A DNA stretch of 64,000 nt from Aulosira sp. ZfuVER01 (GCA_034530615.2 JAVRCV020000051.1:32001-96000); one strand, 5' to 3'. Numbered from the stretch's first letter, positions 1-9,438 are shown. Notes: generated by a model not told the origin, from the letters alone. Program-made: numbers and translations.

Positions 1-972
1 CATGGCTACCAGAAGACTTGTTTCCTCTGTATCAAATTCAGATAATTCAGGATCTGCTTTCCTTGCAGCACTCTTGGGTGCCCAAGCTGCATCAACAAAA
101 TAACCACGAAATGGCACACCTCCACGTAAGAGACGACCAACAGCTTGAATAACTAACCCAGCCGTAGTAGCAGCCAGGTCAAATCGCGGAAAAGACAGTA
201 ATTCCTGATGATCGCGCAGGATTTTATAGTAAGAACGTTGCTCAACCGATCGCCAATAACGCGCTGCCAATTGACGCACCTTTTCTGCACGTTGTACAAT
301 TCCATCTCCCTGTTGCCATGCCACAAAATCTGCTTTATCTGCCCAGTCTAAAGCGCGACGGTTCATTTCTTGGGCGATCGCTTGTGTATCATGGGGGTGT
401 GGATATGGACGAGTGAGAAAATATACAGCACCAAATGCAGCTTTACCATGAATATTCAAAATATTGAACCCACGTCCGATCGCATTCATCGGTGCAACTA
501 GAATCTTGGCTTTTATTTGCCCAAAAGTCTCAATATCTGCGCGGTTCAGCGCACCTTTATCATTTGATTTGGCAAATTTTTCGCCTTCATCAAGGTCATC
601 TTCTGTGTATGTATCAGTATTATCAGGAACTAAGTGATAAACTAATTCCTGCATACTTGACCAACAATTACGGATCTCGTTTGCTACCCAACGGGCTTGA
701 TCGTAAGAGTTGACTAGTAGTAAAAGGCGATCGAGATCGCGCCAGTGGTTATCAGCATCACGATCGCCAATATATTTCAATTCTCGAAGTTCTTGCCCTA
801 GATGACCTGTGCCGTTAGTCCCAACAAGCGATCGCGCTATTTCCTGCAATAAGCTCATTTTGCGTCGTTCAGACATACCAGAAATGCGGAGAGGTTGGTT
901 CTTTTGGTTGAATTGGGGAAGAAACTTGAAGAAGCTTTGGGCGATCGCCTCACTCGCCTCCTGTTCTGGCAT
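1..972 (-). pseudogene. C-terminal part of a DinG-like helicase of the pPIWI-RE three-gene island type; 5'-truncated and runs off the window's left edge
   Basis: Manual translation gives an open frame from ATG 972 to base 1: MPEQEASEAIAQSFFKFLPQ...LLLLVNSYDQARWV...ILVAPMNAIGRGFNILN..AAFGAVYFLTRPYPHPHD...VIQAVGRLLRGGVPFRGYFVDAAWAP. An in-frame stop lies at about 1030, so no Walker A/DExH domain is present. Confidence 0.75.
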
Positions 973-1057
973 CAAAACAGCGTGGGCATTATCAAGGTGA
1001 AAACTAGCAAATCTGAAAAGTAGAACGTTTCAGAGATAGTCAGCAAAATAGAACCAC

Positions 1058-1079
1058 ATTGACTACTAAAGTTGTCAAT
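1058..1079. promoter_or_regulatory. Palindromic operator-like site with outward-facing TTGAC elements
   Basis: ATTGACTACT-AA-AGTTGTCAAT, 10-bp arms with one mismatch, in a divergent intergenic region. Confidence 0.45.
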
Positions 1080-1100
1080 AAGTGGCGAAAAGTTACATTT

Positions 1101-1128
1101 TTGACAAAATTTAGTTCAGATGTATTAT
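1101..1128 (+). promoter_or_regulatory. Candidate sigma70 promoter of the PLD-helicase gene
   Basis: TTGACA (1101)-16 nt-TATTAT (1123), about 30 nt before ATG 1161. Confidence 0.5.
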
Positions 1129-1160
1129 TATCTATAGTTCAAACGTATTAGCACTGAGTT

Positions 1161-3851
1161 ATGACTGATTCTCCGCCAAGATCCTGGTTTGATTCCAAGA
1201 CAATCTATGAACAAATCCAATACCACTTCCCAAAGTGCCAATCAAAAATACGTATTGCATCTGGCTATTTTACTGTAAACGGCTGGGATCAGATTCGGGA
1301 TGTTGTAAAAGGAAAGTATGTTGATCTGTTAGTTGGAATTAACGAACGAACTCAAAGACAAGACGAAAGACACGCACAGCACCTTCTAATCCAAGAAATC
1401 AAGAAAGATTTAGCAACAGGATCATCACCAGGTAATCGCCGTCAAGCTGTAGCAGATTTAGTTAATAGAATTCGGACGGGTCAATTTCGGATTGTTGATG
1501 CACGTGCTAGGAAACATCATGCAAAACTTTACTTTGTTGACTGTAAGGTTGTCATCATTACCTCAGCCAATTTAACGAAACATGGCTTAATGCAACAGGT
1601 TGAAGCTGGTAATCCACTGAGTCGGAAGAAGGAAATTGTAAAACTTGTCAAGAAATTTGATGGATATTTTGCTGAAGCAGTAGATTTAACTCAGAGGCTA
1701 CTTAAAGCTCTTGAAGATTGGTTGAAACTTGCTACTCCGTGGGATATTTACCTCAAAACCTTACTTGCTTTTGAGGATGTAGAAATTGATAATAAGTATA
1801 CTCCGCCAACGAATTATCAAAGAGCAATGATTGCTGAAACTTTACAGAAAATAAGCGATCACAGCGGAGTCATGTTGGTTGCTTCAACAGGACTTGGAAA
1901 GACCGTTGTTGCTACTCACCTCGCCTTGAAACTTTTTAGATCAAATGAAATTATACATGTATTGATTATTGGCCCGAAATTAGTTAAAAGGCAATGGCAG
2001 TCTGAATTTATGGATGCGGGTATCCCTCAGACCTATATCGGCTATCAAGCTTTAGATAAAGAAGATCCAAGCCATGATCGTAATCTTGAACACTTTATCG
2101 AAATAGAAGAAAAAATAAATAAGCAATGGCTCATTATTATTGATGAATGCCATCTATTCAGAAATTGCCATGATAGTGCAGAAGGCCCTAGAAGGCGCTC
2201 ATTCCAAAGATTGATTTCACGAATTAAAGAAAGTGGCTGTAAAGTCTTACTTCTAACTGGCTCACCTTACTCTAAAGATATTAGGAATCTCAATCACCAA
2301 ATTCTGCTTCTACCTCACACTGCGGAAATTGAAACTTTTTCAGATAAACAAAACAAGAACAATTTCAATTGGCATACAGATAGTATAAAAGGATTTATTA
2401 ACTTGCCTGTTGTGTCTCAATTAACTACACCTTATGTTGCACAACAGTATGGAAAGAAGCTAGAGACTGGCATATTAATTGAGTTTGGACAGCAAAAGCG
2501 ATATATTCCGCTTGTCAAGTTATATCGAGTTAATTTCCATTTATTCATGGAAAGTGAAATTTCTCAAGTTTTTAGGGATGGTTGCTTTACCGTTAATGAT
2601 CCTCCAGCGTCACGCAAGTTTATAGAGACGCAAGCAGAAGTTGCCTGGGTTAGTTCACCGTGGGCACTTCGCGAAATTATCAAAAAGGTTATTAATACCC
2701 CAGGCAAGCGAAACTTGTCATACGAATTTGGGTTTGAAATGTCTCAATCTCAGCGCCGTGAAATATTAGAGCCGCTCCTAAGTCGATTAAACCAAATGCA
2801 GTTTACTGAGGATCACAAACTTGCATCTCTATGTAACTTTCTCCAAAAAGCTCACTTTAATAGTAAAAAAATTATCATTTTTTGTGAGCGTCGTGCAACA
2901 GTGGTTTATCTTGTTGAAGCCATTAATGCTTTACTTCCCAATCTGCGAGTATTTGGCACAATTAAGCAAGCAAAAGGTCAATATGTGCATAGAAGCGACC
3001 GAGAGATTTTCCAGGCAATTAAAAAGTTTGCGCCAGTTGCAAACAGAGCCGAAGGAAAATACAAAGAGACTTACGAAATTTTTATTTCAACCGATGCTCA
3101 TGGTGTTGGCATTAATCTACAAGACGCACCTGTAGTTATTAATTATGATTTAGCTTGGACAGCTATTGAACCTACACAAAGAGCAGGCCGTGTTCTAAGA
3201 CCCTGGATTGAACCGCGTAATGTGGAGCTTTACACTTTTGTTCCACCACTAGAAGGTGATGCTTTACGTGATTTAGGCATTGCAAAACGTTACAGTAACC
3301 TAGCAAATCGCCACAGTCAATCTCAAGAAATTATGGAGCTTCCTGTTCTATCTATAAATGAGAAAGAAGAAGTTAATTTTTTCAACAATGTATCCAAAGT
3401 AACAATTCAATCGGGTGTACTTGATTTAGAGGCTTTAGTCGATGACAATATATCACCATATTATCACCATGCATCTAAGCTGTATAATAACCGCGACTAT
3501 GCTCGAAAGATTCGTGATGATATTATTAGTGCAAAAATTTATTCAGGGCGAACAATTTTGATTTACGTCTTGTTTAAACACGAAGATGAATACAAATGGG
3601 CTGTTTATGAACCTAAGTCAAAAAGCTTGCGGAACATATCACGTAATCAATTACTTGATTGGCTGGAATGTAAAGAACATACTGAACTTGCCCTCGTTAA
3701 TACTGATGAAATTGAAGAACTTAGCTATGCTTGCATAAAAGAGTGGTCTAAACAAAATAATGCTAATTTAGATGATATTGTCAGAGAATGTGCAATGTAT
3801 CTCAAACCATCACATCAAACTGATGATGTTGAAAGTTTAGCTAGATATTAG
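1161..3851 (+). CDS. PLD(HKD)-family nuclease fused to an SF2 (SNF2/restriction-subunit-like) helicase, 896 aa; candidate defence protein
   Basis: IASGYF, HAKLYFVD and SANLT (PLD nuclease); ASTGLGKT (Walker A), IIIDECH, LLTGSP, IFCERRATV, GVGINLQ, YDLAW and QRAGRVLR (helicase motifs). Confidence 0.85.
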   Translation: MTDSPPRSWFDSKTIYEQIQYHFPKCQSKIRIASGYFTVNGWDQIRDVVKGKYVDLLVGINERTQRQDERHAQHLLIQEIKKDLATGSSPGNRRQAVADLVNRIRTGQFRIVDARARKHHAKLYFVDCKVVIITSANLTKHGLMQQVEAGNPLSRKKEIVKLVKKFDGYFAEAVDLTQRLLKALEDWLKLATPWDIYLKTLLAFEDVEIDNKYTPPTNYQRAMIAETLQKISDHSGVMLVASTGLGKTVVATHLALKLFRSNEIIHVLIIGPKLVKRQWQSEFMDAGIPQTYIGYQALDKEDPSHDRNLEHFIEIEEKINKQWLIIIDECHLFRNCHDSAEGPRRRSFQRLISRIKESGCKVLLLTGSPYSKDIRNLNHQILLLPHTAEIETFSDKQNKNNFNWHTDSIKGFINLPVVSQLTTPYVAQQYGKKLETGILIEFGQQKRYIPLVKLYRVNFHLFMESEISQVFRDGCFTVNDPPASRKFIETQAEVAWVSSPWALREIIKKVINTPGKRNLSYEFGFEMSQSQRREILEPLLSRLNQMQFTEDHKLASLCNFLQKAHFNSKKIIIFCERRATVVYLVEAINALLPNLRVFGTIKQAKGQYVHRSDREIFQAIKKFAPVANRAEGKYKETYEIFISTDAHGVGINLQDAPVVINYDLAWTAIEPTQRAGRVLRPWIEPRNVELYTFVPPLEGDALRDLGIAKRYSNLANRHSQSQEIMELPVLSINEKEEVNFFNNVSKVTIQSGVLDLEALVDDNISPYYHHASKLYNNRDYARKIRDDIISAKIYSGRTILIYVLFKHEDEYKWAVYEPKSKSLRNISRNQLLDWLECKEHTELALVNTDEIEELSYACIKEWSKQNNANLDDIVRECAMYLKPSHQTDDVESLARY

Positions 3852-3862
3852 TACTTTATATC

Positions 3863-4060
3863 CACTGGTTACAAGTGCCACCTGCTGAGTTATTCAGAAC
3901 TACAGATGCGGATCAATTGAATACACCTGAAGCGATCGCCATTCAACTACGAGCTGACAAAAACCTTGATCCAGCGATTGCTAATGCTTTAGCGTCTCTA
4001 GTCAAAGCAGCCTATCAAGACCTTTCTCAAAAAGATAGCGAATACAAGCAAGACTCTTGA
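3863..4060 (+). pseudogene. C-terminal half of an XRE-family HTH regulator (HTH part lost)
   Basis: HWLQVPPAELF...PEAIAIQLRADKNLDPAIANALASLVKAAY resembles the tail of the XRE regulators paired with ImmA/IrrE. The frame begins 11 nt after the helicase stop. Confidence 0.55.
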
Positions 4061-4062
4061 CT

Positions 4063-4119
4063 ATGTCATTGATTGAAAAACTATCACCTGAATTTAGGCA
4101 ACGCTGTGAGGCGATCGCA
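4063..4119 (+). pseudogene. N-terminal stub of an ImmA/IrrE-like metallopeptidase, cut at a HIP1 site
   Basis: MSLIEKLSPEFRQRCEAIA directly follows the XRE remnant. The sequence turns abruptly AT-rich after GCGATCGC at 4111-4118. Confidence 0.4.
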
Positions 4120-4425
4120 TACTATAAATATTTATTACAAAATTTTTGTAAAAATACTTACTTTGAGATGAAATTCTTAGAAAGCACAAAACTATATATA
4201 TTATTAAAATTTTCTCCAGTAGCTTATTTTGTCGTAAATTTTATAAGTAATCAGGGATATTTGGGATAGTTTAGCTTTAAGCAATAGCCCAAGTAGTTTA
4301 AATCAAAAATTTCCCATTTGCTGCCTAGCTTTGCTGACAATATATCAAGGGCTATACATCAGCGCTTGAGACGAGCGCGATATCGTAAACAGCAGATTGA
4401 TAGTCTAAATAGTGAGACTCAAAAC

Positions 4426-4752
4426 GTGAAATATTTTTTTCTATCTGAAGGATGGACAGTGTCTAGAGTCTGGGCCTCTGATGGACTCTGGCAGATCACC
4501 GCTTGGCGACGCCAACCAGATATTCAGAAACTGAATATTTGTCTGGTAGAAAATAATGAATTGTTATGGCTTTATCGAGTTGAAGAGGCCGTTTTAACTG
4601 TAGAAGTGAAGCCAACAACAGCAGTACTGGCAACTACTACCATCGGTCAAGTAGTGCTGAAGCGTTTGATGACAGCTGAACAAGTAATCGAACGCCTGGG
4701 TACGGCCGAGGCCAAGTGTCAACTGCAAAACATTCAATCGGTGGCGCAGTAA
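4426..4752 (+). CDS. Conserved cyanobacterial hypothetical protein (GTG start preferred over the 4318 track start)
   Basis: VKYFFLSEGWTVSRVW..GLW...AWRRQP...IGQVVLKRL, protein-like composition. Confidence 0.65.
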   Translation: MKYFFLSEGWTVSRVWASDGLWQITAWRRQPDIQKLNICLVENNELLWLYRVEEAVLTVEVKPTTAVLATTTIGQVVLKRLMTAEQVIERLGTAEAKCQLQNIQSVAQ

Positions 4753-4757
4753 GAAGC

Positions 4758-4838
4758 GGGGCATGGGGCATTGGGCATTGGGCATTGATTATTTCTCCTT
4801 GTCCCCTTGTCCCCCTCATCCCCTTCACTTCCATCCTT
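4758..4838. repeat. STRR heptamer/nonamer tandem repeats
   Basis: (GGGCATT)n followed by CCTTGTCCC-type units. Confidence 0.85.
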
Positions 4839-5278
4839 CACTTCCATAAGAACACGCAAACTAGATGTAAGACAGGGATTGGTAGCAAAAAATATCATAG
4901 ATGCTACGCGATCGCATCTATTTACACGCTTGCAAACAGTTCCATCAATAGTTACACTTTTTAAAATATTCTCATTTTTGCACTTGCTATTGCCTAGCAC
5001 GCTTAACTACCCAAATTCCTTTAAGGTGTTTCATCACTCCTGAAGAAGTCTGAGGTAGTTCAAAAAAAGAGCGATCGCTATCCTATCGGGTACAGATCGC
5101 CAAGCGTGTAAGCATAGCCAGAATCCGCACGCTGTCTGACTTATAAGACTAAGCTGTGGTAAACAAGACCCTGGCAATAACAAAAAACTGAGAGAAGTAA
5201 GAGCGGTAACTTCTGCCGCGCATAACTTCCGTAAGAAAATTGCTTTGTAAACTAACTCATCGAGGAGGAGCGTAGTCG

Positions 5279-6808
5279 ATGGGACTACCCTGGTACCGAG
5301 TACACACAGTCGTTCTGAATGATCCAGGACGGCTGATTTCTGTACACTTGATGCACACAGCTCTAGTGGCAGGCTGGGCTGGTTCGATGGCATTGTACGA
5401 ACTAGCTGTTTATGACCCCAGCGATCCAGTTCTCAACCCAATGTGGCGTCAAGGGATGTTCGTATTACCCTTCATGTCACGTTTGGGTGTCACTCAATCT
5501 TGGGGTGGTTGGAGTGTTACTGGTGGCCCAGCAACCGATCCTGGTTTCTGGTCATTTGAAGGTGTTGCTGCGGCTCACATTGTTCTTTCTGGTCTTTTGT
5601 TCTTAGCTGCTGTTTGGCACTGGGTTTACTGGGATTTGGAACTCTTTAGAGATCCTCGTACTGGTGAACCTGCTCTAGACTTGCCAAAGATGTTTGGCAT
5701 TCACCTGTTCTTATCTGGTCTACTTTGTTTTGGCTTCGGTGCTTTTCACCTCACTGGACTATTTGGCCCGGGAATGTGGATTTCTGATGCCTTTGGAGTC
5801 ACAGGTAGCGTCCAGCCAGTAGCACCAGAATGGGGGCCAGCTGGCTTTAACCCCTTTAATCCTGGTGGCGTTGTTGCTCACCACATAGCTGCTGGGATCG
5901 TCGGCATTATTGCAGGCTTATTCCACCTCACAGTCAGACCACCCGAACGGCTCTACAAAGCCTTGCGGATGGGTAACATTGAAACAGTACTTTCTAGCAG
6001 TATTGCGGCAGTATTCTTCGCTGCCTTCGTGGTTGCTGGAACTATGTGGTACGGTAACGCTACCACTCCAATTGAACTGTTTGGCCCTACCCGTTACCAA
6101 TGGGATCAAGGCTACTTCCATCAAGAAATTGAGCGCCGCGTCCAAAACAGCGTTGCCAATGGCGCAAGCCTTTCGGAAGCTTGGTCACAGATTCCTGAAA
6201 AACTGGCTTTCTACGATTACGTGGGTAACAGCCCTGCCAAAGGCGGTTTATTCCGTACAGGGCCAATGGTAAAAGGTGATGGTATTGCCCAATCTTGGCA
6301 AGGCCACGCAGTATTCAAAGATTCTGAAGGCAGAGAATTGACAGTACGTCGTCTGCCCAACTTCTTTGAAACCTTCCCAGTCATCTTGACCGATGCAGAT
6401 GGTATTGTCCGCGCTGACATTCCTTTCCGTCGGGCAGAATCCAAATATAGCTTTGAACAATCTGGTGTAACTGTTAGCTTCTACGGTGGCGATCTGAACG
6501 GTCAAACCTTTACAGATCCAGCCGAAGTTAAGAAATACGCCCGTAAAGCTCAAGGCGGTGAAATATTTGAATTTGACCGGGAAACCTTGAACTCTGATGG
6601 TGTATTCCGCACCAGTCCCAGAGGTTGGTTTACCTTTGGACACGCTGTATTTGCTCTGCTATTCTTCTTTGGTCATCTCTGGCATGGTGCGCGTACAATT
6701 TACCGCGACGTATTTGCTGGTGTGGAAGCGGATCTAGAAGAGCAAGTTGAGTGGGGTCTATTCCAGAAAGTGGGTGACAAGACAACCCGCCGTAAGGAAG
6801 CTCTCTAA
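5279..6808 (+). CDS. psbB: Photosystem II CP47 protein
   Basis: [27 protein letters not shown]..., 509 aa, GAGGAGG RBS. Confidence 0.99.
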   Translation: MGLPWYRVHTVVLNDPGRLISVHLMHTALVAGWAGSMALYELAVYDPSDPVLNPMWRQGMFVLPFMSRLGVTQSWGGWSVTGGPATDPGFWSFEGVAAAHIVLSGLLFLAAVWHWVYWDLELFRDPRTGEPALDLPKMFGIHLFLSGLLCFGFGAFHLTGLFGPGMWISDAFGVTGSVQPVAPEWGPAGFNPFNPGGVVAHHIAAGIVGIIAGLFHLTVRPPERLYKALRMGNIETVLSSSIAAVFFAAFVVAGTMWYGNATTPIELFGPTRYQWDQGYFHQEIERRVQNSVANGASLSEAWSQIPEKLAFYDYVGNSPAKGGLFRTGPMVKGDGIAQSWQGHAVFKDSEGRELTVRRLPNFFETFPVILTDADGIVRADIPFRRAESKYSFEQSGVTVSFYGGDLNGQTFTDPAEVKKYARKAQGGEIFEFDRETLNSDGVFRTSPRGWFTFGHAVFALLFFFGHLWHGARTIYRDVFAGVEADLEEQVEWGLFQKVGDKTTRRKEAL

Positions 6809-6811
6809 ATT

Positions 6812-6928
6812 CAGTGCTGAGTTATGAGTAACGAGTTCTGAGTTAAAGCTCTGACTCAGGACTCAGAAACGCCAGATGCTACAACGGAGGGAACCTCCGC
6901 AACGCACTGGCTCCTCAGTACTCAAAAC
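6812..6928. repeat. STRR (TGAGT/ACTCAG) inverted array carrying a 45-bp hairpin small dispersed repeat at 6869-6913
   Basis: GCCAG-A-TGC-TACAA-CGGAGG-GAA-CCTCCG-CAAC-GCA-CTGGC interrupts ACTCAG repeats. Confidence 0.75.
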
Positions 6929-6963
6929 TTTAATTACTGGCTGGATAGGCAGGAACTTGTGAT

Positions 6964-7068
6964 ATGGAAAGCGTTGCGTACATCTTAATTTTCACTCTGT
7001 GTATAGGAGTTCTCTTCTTTGCGATCGCATTTCGGGAACCCCCCCGGATTGCAAAGAAAGATGATTAG
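6964..7068 (+). CDS. psbT: Photosystem II reaction centre protein T (absent from ORF track)
   Basis: MESVAYILIFTLCIGVLFFAIAFREPPRIAKKDD, immediately downstream of psbB. Confidence 0.97.
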   Translation: MESVAYILIFTLCIGVLFFAIAFREPPRIAKKDD

Positions 7069-7106
7069 AACACTCTTACTAGACGTGTAAGGTCATACAA
7101 AGATAG

Positions 7107-7145
7107 ATATCCGCTGTTACCTCTTGGGGATCGGCGGATATTTAT
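7107..7145 (+). terminator. Hairpin after psbT
   Basis: ATATCCGCTG...CGGCGGATAT followed by a T-rich tract. Confidence 0.55.
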
Positions 7146-7527
7146 GTTTATTCGCTCTAGAGTTAATTTGCTGGGCAAAAATTACACTATCTATAATCAC
7201 TTTGATTTACGATCGATCCCGATCTTGGTAAAGAATCGGGGAAGACTTTGGTGTAAGCTAGAGGCTGGGTCAAATACCTTAATTATGAGTAATTTGATAA
7301 CAAATTATGAATCATGAGGTTGAAGCCCTTGGCGCTAGACATCAACTCCTGATAAATGACTTGTCACTAGACAGTATGATATAATCTTCTATCTGTGAAG
7401 TTGATATGTGTTGTTACTAGCTTTTCTGCGCTAGGATGAAATAGGTTTGGGCTGGCATGATATAGCTTGCCTAATAATTGCAATCGCGACAAAAAATTAC
7501 GGAGACTAGAACCAGGAACAAATTAGC

Positions 7528-8568
7528 ATGGTCAATCAGAATTTAACCGCTACAGAAATTGGATTTACACACGAAGATTTCGCTGCTCTACTTGATAAGT
7601 ACGATTATCACTTTAGCCCTGGTGATATTGTCCCAGGAACCGTTTTCAGTATAGAGCCGCGCGGCGCTCTGATTGACATAGGTGCGAAAACCGCAGCATA
7701 CATCCCTATACAGGAAATGTCTATTAACCGGGTAGATGCCCCGGAAGAAGTATTACAGTCTAACGAAACGCGCGAATTTTTTATTCTCACTGACGAAAAC
7801 GAAGATGGTCAGCTGACTCTTTCGATTCGTCGTATTGAATATATGCGGGCTTGGGAGCGTGTGCGCCAGCTGCAAGCTGAAGATGCTACAGTTCGTTCTG
7901 GTGTGTTTGCTACGAACCGTGGTGGTGCATTGGTGCGGATTGAGGGATTGCGTGGCTTTATCCCAGGTTCCCACATCAGCACTCGCAAGCCTAAAGAAGA
8001 ATTGGTAGGCGAAGAACTACCATTGAAATTCCTCGAAGTAGACGAAGAACGGAACCGCTTAGTTCTATCTCACCGTCGGGCGTTGGTTGAACGGAAGATG
8101 AACCGCCTCGAAGTTGGTGAAGTTGTGATTGGTACAGTGCGCGGTATTAAGCCCTACGGTGCCTTTATTGATATCGGCGGCGTTAGCGGTCTATTGCACA
8201 TCTCTGAAATTTCTCACGAACATATTGATACACCTCACAGCGTATTCAATGTCAATGATGAAGTGAAAGTAATGATCATTGATTTGGATGCAGAAAGAGG
8301 TCGGATCTCCTTGTCAACCAAACAGCTGGAACCCGAACCCGGTGACATGATTAAAAACCGCGATTTGGTTTACGATAAGGCAGAAGAAATGGCAGCCAAG
8401 TATCGCGAACAAATGCTAGCCAAACAACAAGGTGCTACTGCTGTTGCTGCTGAAGCTGTAGCTGAAGAAGACATCCCCTCAGCAATCGAAGAAGATATCC
8501 CCTCAGCAATTGAAGAAGATATCCCAGCAGCTATTGAAGAAGAAATTCCAGCAGCTATTGAAGAGTAA
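7528..8568 (+). CDS. rpsA: 30S ribosomal protein S1
   Basis: FTHEDFAALLDKYDYHFSPGD, three S1 domains (GFIPGSHIS, GLLHISEISH). Confidence 0.97.
   Translation: MVNQNLTATEIGFTHEDFAALLDKYDYHFSPGDIVPGTVFSIEPRGALIDIGAKTAAYIPIQEMSINRVDAPEEVLQSNETREFFILTDENEDGQLTLSIRRIEYMRAWERVRQLQAEDATVRSGVFATNRGGALVRIEGLRGFIPGSHISTRKPKEELVGEELPLKFLEVDEERNRLVLSHRRALVERKMNRLEVGEVVIGTVRGIKPYGAFIDIGGVSGLLHISEISHEHIDTPHSVFNVNDEVKVMIIDLDAERGRISLSTKQLEPEPGDMIKNRDLVYDKAEEMAAKYREQMLAKQQGATAVAAEAVAEEDIPSAIEEDIPSAIEEDIPAAIEEEIPAAIEE
8464..8565 (+). repeat. 24-bp tandem repeat (about 4 copies) encoding the EEDIP(S/A)AI tail of S1
   Basis: GAAGAAGAYATCCCCTCAGCAATY units. Confidence 0.9.
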
Positions 8569-8610
8569 TACACTGGTATTTGTCTGTAATTAAAAACATG
8601 AAAGTTTTTC

Positions 8611-8638
8611 AAAAAGGGGGATTTTCCCTCTTTTTTTA
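8611..8638 (+). terminator. Intrinsic terminator after rps1
   Basis: AAAAAGGGGG-ATTTT-CCCTCTTTTTTT. Confidence 0.6.
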
Positions 8639-8703
8639 TGGTATTCATGGGCACAATTTTGAATTTTTAATTGATATGTAAGGGTGAAAAAGGGTGAAAG
8701 ATT

Positions 8704-9438
8704 TTGGTAACTATTAAATGCGGAAATATCACATTTCCGAATATTCAAGCTATTTTGTTTGATAAAAACGGGACTTTAGAAGATTCAGAAGCGTATTTGC
8801 GATCGCTCGCACAAAGAGCCGCAAGATTAATAGACGCGCAAATTCCTGGTATTGGGGAACCCTTACTTATGGCATTTGGGGTTAATGGCAATAGCCTCGA
8901 TCCCGCAGGTTTAATCTCCGTCGCCAGTCGCCGCGAAACAGAAGTTGCCGCCGCCGCATATATTGCTGAAACTGGTAGAGGGTGGTTCGAGTCTTTAACA
9001 ATTGCCCGTCAAGCTTTGGATGAAGCCGAAAAATACATTGCTCAAACTCCTTCCCCACTGTTTGTTGGTAGCTTAGAGGTGTTGATGTCTCTTTCCGAAG
9101 CAGGATTAAAACTTGGTATCCTCTCAGCAGCGACAACTCAAGAAGTACAAAGCTTTGTAGCTCATCACAAGTTAAGTGATTACATCCAGCTAGAAATGGG
9201 AGTAGATGAAGGGCCAAGTAAGCCAGATCCCATCTTATTTTTAAAAGCTTGCCAAGGTTTAGGAGTAGAACCAAGCGCCACATTAATGGTTGGTGATTCT
9301 GTAGGTGATATGCAAATGGCACGCAATGCTAACGCCGCAGGTTGCATAGGGATCACTTGGATTGGGAAATCAGATCATGTTAAAGGTGCAGATGTGGCGA
9401 TTAACCAGCTTGAAGAAATTCAAATTTTTGCACTCTAA
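8704..9438 (+). CDS. HAD-family hydrolase
   Basis: ILFDKNGTL, SKPDP, MVGDSVGD. Confidence 0.9.
   Translation: MVTIKCGNITFPNIQAILFDKNGTLEDSEAYLRSLAQRAARLIDAQIPGIGEPLLMAFGVNGNSLDPAGLISVASRRETEVAAAAYIAETGRGWFESLTIARQALDEAEKYIAQTPSPLFVGSLEVLMSLSEAGLKLGILSAATTQEVQSFVAHHKLSDYIQLEMGVDEGPSKPDPILFLKACQGLGVEPSATLMVGDSVGDMQMARNANAAGCIGITWIGKSDHVKGADVAINQLEEIQIFAL

Noticed and set aside
492..1000. Track ORFs 492..713 and 809..1000 (+)
   Set aside because: Antisense shadows of the minus-strand helicase remnant.
4057..4269. 70-aa ORF as a real protein
   Set aside because: Only the first 20 or so codons look coding; the rest is AT-rich read-through past the HIP1 junction.
4594..5393. Several overlapping short ORFs
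   Set aside because: Derived from STRR repeats or antisense to psbB and its leader.
7069..7527. Possible nrdR remnant between psbT and rps1 (present there in some cyanobacteria)
   Set aside because: No NrdR-like CxxC frame found; I cannot tell whether its absence is unusual for this lineage.
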